Origin: Sulfolobus virus STSV1
Sequence record: NC_006268.1
Length of the DNA stretch: 32,000 nt
Reading direction: 5' to 3' (one strand)
Shown: positions 27,201 to 32,000 of the stretch, one piece after another
Position numbering within the stretch: the stretch's first letter is position 1
Layout: each line of letters begins with the position of its first letter
Position numbers and translations under genes: made by a program
The notes under the pieces: generated by a model
What the model was told of the DNA's origin: nothing
What the model saw: the letters and a program-made list of their open reading frames with translations, nothing else
Database searches by the model: none

Positions 27201-28905
27201 CTTGCCAGAAGTTGTGTCAACTTATTGGGGTTCATCACCTAAGCCGTATTATGAGGGGAATTTGCTAGTGATGAATGGATCTAATGCGGCAGCACCTGGG
27301 CAATATATAGCGTGGTCTTTTATGCCATCTACTACGACGCTAAACGTTACGATACACGTAGTATCATTCCCTGAACGAGCTAGCCAGCCAGGCATTACAA
27401 TTTATAGCCCAAATGTAGGAAACCAAAGCTCTGATAATGACATTGTTGGTTTTTATGAGATTCTTGTTGATTTTTATGATAATACGTTATGGTATCATGG
27501 ACCATCTACTAACTGGCAATCGTTATACACTTCATTACCACAGCCTAACCCAAACTATCCGTTCACTTTCAGTGTGATCTTCACGGAAAACGGCGCTGGT
27601 AACATAACGCTTTCAGAAGTGGGAATAAACGGAACGTACACAACGATTAACGTTAATACACCATTCCCATGGACAGAGATTGGGTATGTAGGAATAAGAG
27701 TAGATTGGGATAATATATTCTACGTTTCCTATTTCGCAGCATCTAGTGGCCCAACTTCCATCACTTTCGTTTCTCCATCCTACATCTTCTTAAACAGTTG
27801 GGCATCTTCTTACGTTGTTCCTAGCTATCTTAACACGCCCTACGCTTTGTCTTACTCTGTATCACAAACTAGCGCTCAAGTTGGTCAATACACTCTCACT
27901 CAAGGTTTGAACTACGTTTCCTATTCGTTTACGCCGGGTTATGTTGCTACTGCTATATTATACTATAACTCTACTCCAGTCCTAGCAAATCTACTATCAC
28001 CCTACATTTCTTACAAGTTCTCTTCACTAACTCTATCGTTCTCTACTGCAACAGCTGCAATGTTTTCCAACTTCCCTATCCCAGCTCCTCAGCTACTAAG
28101 TAGTTATATTCCAACTGGTTCTGTCCTTTATCAAGACCCTATTACATACTACATTTCTCCAACTACAGTTACAATGTATAATACTACAGTAGCAACTAGT
28201 TTGCAAAGTTCTAACGCTAGTTCTAGCAGCGCGGCAACAACTACTACTCCACCGCCTTCATCATCTACAACTTCTACAGCGCAATCTATTTCCCCTGGCC
28301 AAATGCAGATAGTCTATAATGGTACAACTACGATAAGGATAAACTTTGTTACTTTCCCATCAGTGTCAGTGCCTAAGATTGGCCAAATTGTGGCTATGCC
28401 TATTGTTAATTCATCTGGCGCTTTTCTATACCTCTACAACTACAATCAATCTGCTAACTTCAATGTGACTGTCTCCTATGTGTTCAGTAATGGTACTGTG
28501 GTGACGAGAACTGACCCTGTAAATTCAATAGTTCCTTTACCAACTATTACTTCGCCAGTTGAGGTTAGAATAACTGTAGAAAACGAGTCTACTACTTTTA
28601 ATATAACACCAGTCCAATTGGGCAGTGCGCAGTTAGCAGTACAGATGTACAATACGATTTCAAATAGCTTGCCTGGGCCTTTTGCCTTCTTCGGTCCTAT
28701 CCTGGCTAACGTGATTTTCTTAATATTTGCCCTATCAGCGATGCTGAGGAATGATTTGAAATTAGTTGGAATGGGTGGGATTGTGTATGGCGTGTTTATA
28801 GCCCCAGGCTTGCTAGACTTAGGCTTCCCAGCGTTTATTGTATTCCCAAGTGCAATAGTAGCAGTTGCTGTAGGGCTTTTTGCATTATGGATGTCAAAAA
28901 GTTAA
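24256..28905 (+). CDS. Giant modular surface-like protein with four ~180-aa repeats and C-terminal TM anchor
   Basis: 1549 aa. Signal-like N-terminus (LIIRLLLLNLLLTSIILVATGIKA), four repeats of WG.SPKPYYQGNLLV.N...GQYIAW.F.P.TTTLNVTIHVVS.P...GI.IYSPN.G...GFY.L.VDFY...I.YHGPS......Y.SLPQPNPNYPFTFTVIFTEN.AGN.T..E.GINGTYTTINV.TPFPW..IGY.GIR.D, S/T/P-rich stalk, C-terminal TM cluster. Confidence 0.92.
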   Translation: MKSGKLIIRLLLLNLLLTSIILVATGIKADSGVSAQPIGQATVYTAPYTSTSFVLNTTVNPINPIASNIRLFKYPNLTGPIQAFVSQGWSPISSGSYPSSRVIKVVPGSGVSGVYPDYLFNGSMFRVGSVVESTDWGTSPKPYYQGNLLVINTTAVSAWGQYIAWYFVPPTTTLNVTIHVVSYPSRNGNPGIVIYSPNVGNQTYDGASGFYVLLVDFYNSGIFYHGPSTGYTELYGSLPQPNPNYPFTFTVIFTENSAGNVTVAEVGINGTYTTINVNTPFPWSQIGYIGIRGDINDLLYTSYFAASSGSVFAQFVPTPSIGEAVKSLSLVESVTWFTSPKPYYQGNLLVINSTTAGSGQYIAWSFIPSTTTLNVTIHVTSFPDHNNNPGIVIYSPNIGNTSDVYTGFYALDVDFYGNTIWYHGPSTTFTTLYTSLPQPNPNYPFTFTVIFTENSAGNVTVSEIGINGTYTTINVNTPFPWTEIGYVGIRGDTGNLFYVSYFAASSSPEFAQFVPPRELQYPPFVESGYWGLSSKVYYQGNLLVLNSTNYNQYIAWAFTPPTTTLNVTIHVVSYPVRGVQITGIALFSPNLGYRLQDDILGPSGFYMLLVSFYSGLIVGHGLSPSSVWQTFSTSIPQPNLNYPFTFSVIFTENSAGNVTVSEIGINGTYTTVNVATTFPWSQIGYVAIRGNYMDLFYVSYFAASSDQPGTYPVVFVPSYTVNANPFPIFRFPSTITQAYLVYNNNSVFLSAVDAGGQFFLNIPLKMQWEPFTYFGLSAYQLLTVVNAPTTGYLAAFPYPLTYNYFTSPGPFTSVPSTVITPTFSKTVYPLTNVSIQQLTLFTSAGSVTTSTQAYVLPNIGAWTYASVPYPTSVSVIVNNTVQKLSVSGASVTVTASYSTTVIAPDNLIPPPNAQVSVYNGTFNKIVISSTSTFTFSTQIVQSGLPTFGLVLPVWYYVSLGTGTIGVSLVQVPMILGNKLFAFLPEVVSTYWGSSPKPYYEGNLLVMNGSNAAAPGQYIAWSFMPSTTTLNVTIHVVSFPERASQPGITIYSPNVGNQSSDNDIVGFYEILVDFYDNTLWYHGPSTNWQSLYTSLPQPNPNYPFTFSVIFTENGAGNITLSEVGINGTYTTINVNTPFPWTEIGYVGIRVDWDNIFYVSYFAASSGPTSITFVSPSYIFLNSWASSYVVPSYLNTPYALSYSVSQTSAQVGQYTLTQGLNYVSYSFTPGYVATAILYYNSTPVLANLLSPYISYKFSSLTLSFSTATAAMFSNFPIPAPQLLSSYIPTGSVLYQDPITYYISPTTVTMYNTTVATSLQSSNASSSSAATTTTPPPSSSTTSTAQSISPGQMQIVYNGTTTIRINFVTFPSVSVPKIGQIVAMPIVNSSGAFLYLYNYNQSANFNVTVSYVFSNGTVVTRTDPVNSIVPLPTITSPVEVRITVENESTTFNITPVQLGSAQLAVQMYNTISNSLPGPFAFFGPILANVIFLIFALSAMLRNDLKLVGMGGIVYGVFIAPGLLDLGFPAFIVFPSAIVAVAVGLFALWMSKS
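24640..27760 (+). repeat. Four in-frame coding repeats of ~540 bp (approx. 24643-25185, 25243-25785, 25828-26370, 27211-27755)
   Basis: Shared peptide and DNA segments such as tatatagcgtggt, accaaacgttacgatacatgta-type strings, and ataaacggaacgtacacaac. Confidence 0.85.
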
Positions 28906-28914
28906 TTTTTTTAT

Positions 28915-29265
28915 TTATTGTGAAGAAGTTTGAGAAGATTTTTCAATTACTTCTTTGTAAAAAATTTCTAGCCACTTGTCTATATAAAGTGCTATAGCTG
29001 TTCTTATGATCACAGCAGGCGTAACGTTTCTCCTCTTTGCTAGTTCTTCTATTGCTTCGACCAGATTACGATCTAATTTCATTACCTTTATATGCCTTTT
29101 TCCTGGCTTAATGTAATACTTATCAATTGGGTTTTGTAAATATTCGACTAATGCCTCATTTATTAGCTGTGCTTGATCTTTTTTGAGAAAGTTTGACACT
29201 TTTTGAAGACTGTCAAATAGGTAGTTGTCCAGAGGGAATCTAACTTTAATCTTCTGCCCTGCCAT
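28915..29265 (-). CDS. Ribbon-helix-helix DNA-binding protein, probably with two tandem RHH units
   Basis: 116 aa. KIKVRFPLDNYLFDSLQKVSNFLKKDQAQLINEALVEYLQNP and HIKVMKLDRNLVEAIEELAKRRNVTPAVIIRTAIALYIDKW both look like RHH folds. Confidence 0.75.
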   Translation of the reverse strand: MAGQKIKVRFPLDNYLFDSLQKVSNFLKKDQAQLINEALVEYLQNPIDKYYIKPGKRHIKVMKLDRNLVEAIEELAKRRNVTPAVIIRTAIALYIDKWLEIFYKEVIEKSSQTSSQ

Positions 29266-29317
29266 ACGTTTTTGCTCTTCATAATACTATTTAAAGCTTT
29301 CTTACCTAAAGAAGATA

Positions 29318-29869
29318 CTACGAATTTGCGATACGGGCTAAGTAATCTTCCGCCTCCTTCGTTTGAACATAAGTCAGAATGTGGCGCAAGCTCTTATGGC
29401 CAGTTATTTTTGCAACTACTTCAGCTGGTAATCCATCTTTTATTGCTTTTGTTATAAAAGCATAACGGAAAGAGTGCGTATTTACGCCATAGCGCCTTTT
29501 GCAAAACATCTTCACTGCTGCGATCATTTTCCTTTCACTTTTTGTAAGTATGATGGAATAGTACTTTTTGTAAGTGATTATTTTGGGGATGATGATTTTT
29601 CTTTCATTCCCGCCTTTTTCAGCCTTTAAAATGATTGTTCTTTCTTTGCCACCAACTTCTACAAATTGGTAGAAAGCCTTAACTGCTTCGCCTATTCGTG
29701 TACCATTTAAAAGCTGTGTAAGTAAAATTGCAACGTAAATCTCTTTATCAAAATCCTCAGTGGAGTTTTGTGAGAATTGCTTATAGTCTTTTTCTAAGGT
29801 TTTTCTCATCTTGTCAAAGTCAACTCCCTTGTCCCACTTGAATATTGTCTTCCCTTCTTCTATTGCCAC
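29318..29869 (-). CDS. Tyrosine recombinase/integrase, catalytic domain only
   Basis: 183 aa. LLNGTRIGEAV (Arg I), AEKGGNERKI (Lys), HSFRYAF (HxxR), TGHKSLRHILTYVQT (His and Tyr nucleophile). Confidence 0.9.
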   Translation of the reverse strand: MAIEEGKTIFKWDKGVDFDKMRKTLEKDYKQFSQNSTEDFDKEIYVAILLTQLLNGTRIGEAVKAFYQFVEVGGKERTIILKAEKGGNERKIIIPKIITYKKYYSIILTKSERKMIAAVKMFCKRRYGVNTHSFRYAFITKAIKDGLPAEVVAKITGHKSLRHILTYVQTKEAEDYLARIANS

Positions 29870-30013
29870 ACTATCATTTTAGATTAAGCAGTTAAAAATG
29901 TTCTTTCTGTAAAATTGTAGAAGCAAAGGGCAGTGAAAGACGTAAAAAGTGAGGGGTTCACAACGTTACTGATTATAGAAAGTTTTAAATACCAGAAAAA
30001 CAGACCCTAACAT

Positions 30014-30370
30014 ATGAGAGTCATTTGTAGAGCTTGTGGTGAACCGGGAACCCTATACATCAAGAAGGTAGGAGAAAGGAAATATAAATATGTAAAGCAC
30101 TATAAGAAAAAATCATGTTACTTAGGACCAGTAGAGGGATATGAGTATGTTAATGGAAATTATGAAAAAATTGGTTTAAACCTAGACTTAAGAGGTGTGG
30201 ACGAATTTGATCCAATTTCATCAATGTTGAGATTACTTGATTCACTTGAAGAAAAGTACAAAACGACAAAAGACTTGAAACTGAAGGCAGATCTAAGGAT
30301 GATAAGGGACAGGATAGACAAGATACTAGAGGAAAGCGATACTCAGGATGGCCAAGATGGAAAGCAGTAA
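30014..30370 (+). CDS. Small protein with zinc-binding-like N-terminus
   Basis: 118 aa. VICRACGEPGTLYIKKVGERKYKYVKHYKKKSCYLGP has CxxC...H...C spacing. Confidence 0.75.
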   Translation: MRVICRACGEPGTLYIKKVGERKYKYVKHYKKKSCYLGPVEGYEYVNGNYEKIGLNLDLRGVDEFDPISSMLRLLDSLEEKYKTTKDLKLKADLRMIRDRIDKILEESDTQDGQDGKQ

Positions 30371-30434
30371 CAAAAACCAGTAGAAATAACTGTGCAACAT
30401 CTTTAAATTATCTTTCTTTTTCTTTTATCTATAT

Positions 30435-30863
30435 ATGTATAATGAAGTTTTGCTTAGGTTTGTTGAAGATCTCGGCGATGCGCTTGACATGTACGATATA
30501 AGCGCGCGCAAAATAGCTCCTCACATTGGGCCTTTTGTCTTGAATGAACTGAAAAGAACGATAAGAGAGTATCTGAACACAACTGATATCATAAATTATG
30601 TTGATTTAAGACAACTCAACGAGGCGAAAAATGCTAAAGCGCTGCTGATGGCCTTTATACAAGTTTTGGATGTTGGTTTGGCGAGAAGCTACCAATTTGC
30701 TGGTTTTGGTTATCAAACTACACTTGCTAGAATGCAAGCAATTATGACAATAATAAAAAATGTTGTGCTTGAAGTTGCGAGAGATTTGGGGCTTCCAGAG
30801 ATTGAAGAAAAATTAACTGCCCTAGAAAAGATGCAGTCACAGGGTGGCAGTACAACTGCCTAG
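30435..30863 (+). CDS. Hypothetical helical protein
   Basis: 142 aa MYNEVLLRFVEDLGDALDMYDISARKIAPHIG.... Confidence 0.8.
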   Translation: MYNEVLLRFVEDLGDALDMYDISARKIAPHIGPFVLNELKRTIREYLNTTDIINYVDLRQLNEAKNAKALLMAFIQVLDVGLARSYQFAGFGYQTTLARMQAIMTIIKNVVLEVARDLGLPEIEEKLTALEKMQSQGGSTTA

Positions 30864-31198
30864 CCTATTCTCTTTATAAATCTAGCGAGCAGTATGATAG
30901 CACTTATCCCCATGAAGACAATATATATTGCGTTAAGCGTATCTGCATATCCTACTGTTACGTAAACTGTTGAATTCGTTGCGGAAGTTGTCACATTAAC
31001 GCCAGGCGTTGAAAGGATATATTGAGTTGAAGAAAGGTACAAAATTGTGGCGTAGATCATGGCCAATATTACTAAAACATCGTTACGATAACTACCGCTA
31101 AAGCGATAAAGCATGAAGCCAATAATTGCTATCATGACGCTAACTATAACAATAAATATTACGTATTGTGTAAGTGTTGGGAGGACTACATAACCCAT
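30860..31198 (-). CDS. Multi-pass membrane protein
   Basis: 112 aa with several hydrophobic spans (YVIFIVIVSVMIAIIGFML, DVLVILAMIYATILYL, IYIVFMGISAIILLARFI). Convergent overlap with the 142-aa gene. Confidence 0.8.
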   Translation of the reverse strand: MGYVVLPTLTQYVIFIVIVSVMIAIIGFMLYRFSGSYRNDVLVILAMIYATILYLSSTQYILSTPGVNVTTSATNSTVYVTVGYADTLNAIYIVFMGISAIILLARFIKRIG

Positions 31199-31269
31199 TT
31201 TTGCTCCCTATATAGTCGTTTTTATTTTGGCAGGAAAAAAGCTTAAATGAAATGAAAAAACAAATAAGC

Positions 31270-31410
31270 TTAAACGCCACCTACTAACTTTTGTAGTAGT
31301 TTATCTTCTTCCTCTTCTTCCTCTTTTTCTTTCTCTGTCTCTTCTTGATTATCAAGTACTCTCTTATGCTCCTTCTTCATTTTTTCGAGGACTTCCTTAT
31401 AACTGCTCAT
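31270..31410 (-). CDS. 46-aa highly charged small protein (absent from ORF track)
   Basis: MSSYKEVLEKMKKEHKRVLDNQEETEKEKEEEEEEDKLLQKLVGGV*. Fills an otherwise empty gap in a densely packed genome. Confidence 0.55.
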   Translation of the reverse strand: MSSYKEVLEKMKKEHKRVLDNQEETEKEKEEEEEEDKLLQKLVGGV

Positions 31411-31450
31411 CTCATTACTAATCTCTTTATACTTATTTTTAAACTTTTAT

Positions 31451-31918
31451 GTGATGCGAAACGTTTTTAAACAAAAGATAGAAAAAATAAAAATGATGAC
31501 AACGATCAATGCATTTCAACTGGATGAGCTGAAGACAAAGCTATACTATGAGGCCTTTGCTGCTGGAATGCAATCAATAATAAATGAATTTTATAAAAAA
31601 GGTATCTCACCTATTCAAATTAGCGATGAATATGTTCTTGATGATGACTACTTTAATCAACAAGTCACATTTGACGATAATGGTACATTCAAGATAATAA
31701 GTACAATAAGGCATTACAGCCTAAATGGCGAAAAAGAAATCTTAATTGATTTTATCTACACACAAGGTGAACAAAAGGCAACAATGCAAATAATTGCGAG
31801 AACTAATGATAACATATTTGTTGGACCAGAGATTGATTATCAAAAATACTTAGAGATCTATTACGATGTGGTAGATAAGCTGGCCTCTGAACTTGATTCT
31901 GAGCTTGATAAGGAATAA
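31451..31918 (+). CDS. Hypothetical protein
   Basis: 155 aa; the real start may be the internal MMTTINAFQL near 31493. Stop TAA 31916-31918 runs straight into repeat copy B. Confidence 0.75.
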   Translation: MMRNVFKQKIEKIKMMTTINAFQLDELKTKLYYEAFAAGMQSIINEFYKKGISPIQISDEYVLDDDYFNQQVTFDDNGTFKIISTIRHYSLNGEKEILIDFIYTQGEQKATMQIIARTNDNIFVGPEIDYQKYLEIYYDVVDKLASELDSELDKE

Positions 31919-32000
31919 TTTTTTCGAACTTTTGAAATCACTTAACGCTTTATTTTTCACGTAATAAGTTCGAAGTTCCTGTATATAGCAAAAGTTCGAA
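31916..32000. repeat. TTCGAA-containing non-coding repeat, copy B (may continue past the window)
   Basis: taattttttcgaacttttgaaatcacttaacgctttatttttcacgtaataagttcgaagttcctgtatatagcaaaagttcgaa. Perfect 12-bp end inverted repeats ttcgaacttttg (31923-31934) / caaaagttcgaa (31989-32000). Confidence 0.9.

Noticed and set aside
1-32000. CRISPR array, IS element or rRNA
   Set aside because: No regularly spaced direct repeats, no transposase-like protein or TIR/target duplication around an ORF, and no rRNA-like GC-rich block of adequate length were seen.

Overview
The window is AT-rich, densely packed and almost entirely protein-coding. It looks like part of the genome of a large tailed spindle-shaped archaeal virus of Sulfolobales (Bicaudaviridae / STSV / SMV / ATSV-like). 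The main anchors are: (i) a 144-aa protein resembling my recollection of the Acidianus two-tailed virus major coat protein (MA.xEPxKGDYxGGxxKIL...LAGEEAN); (ii) a dCTP deaminase/dUTPase-family enzyme; (iii) an AAA+ ATPase (GAPGTGKT / VVFDDGE) followed by a ParB-like protein; (iv) a catalytic-domain-only tyrosine recombinase; (v) giant Gln-rich or repeat-containing virion-like proteins of 2308, 757, 740 and 1549 aa; and (vi) many 2-4 TM small proteins. The non-coding DNA holds the most unexplained signal: four dispersed copies of a palindrome with consensus GAATTGTCATGACAATTC; an ~82-bp repeated element built from TTCGAA inverted repeats and placed directly after two stop codons; a ~120-bp GC-rich (about 56%) non-coding block with several perfect inverted repeats (a candidate structured RNA); a 35-bp promoter-like module shared between two palindrome loci; and a recurrent GAGTCTTTTTA promoter signature. 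I found no CRISPR array, rRNA, convincing tRNA or IS element. Family names rest on motifs and memory; no database search was run.
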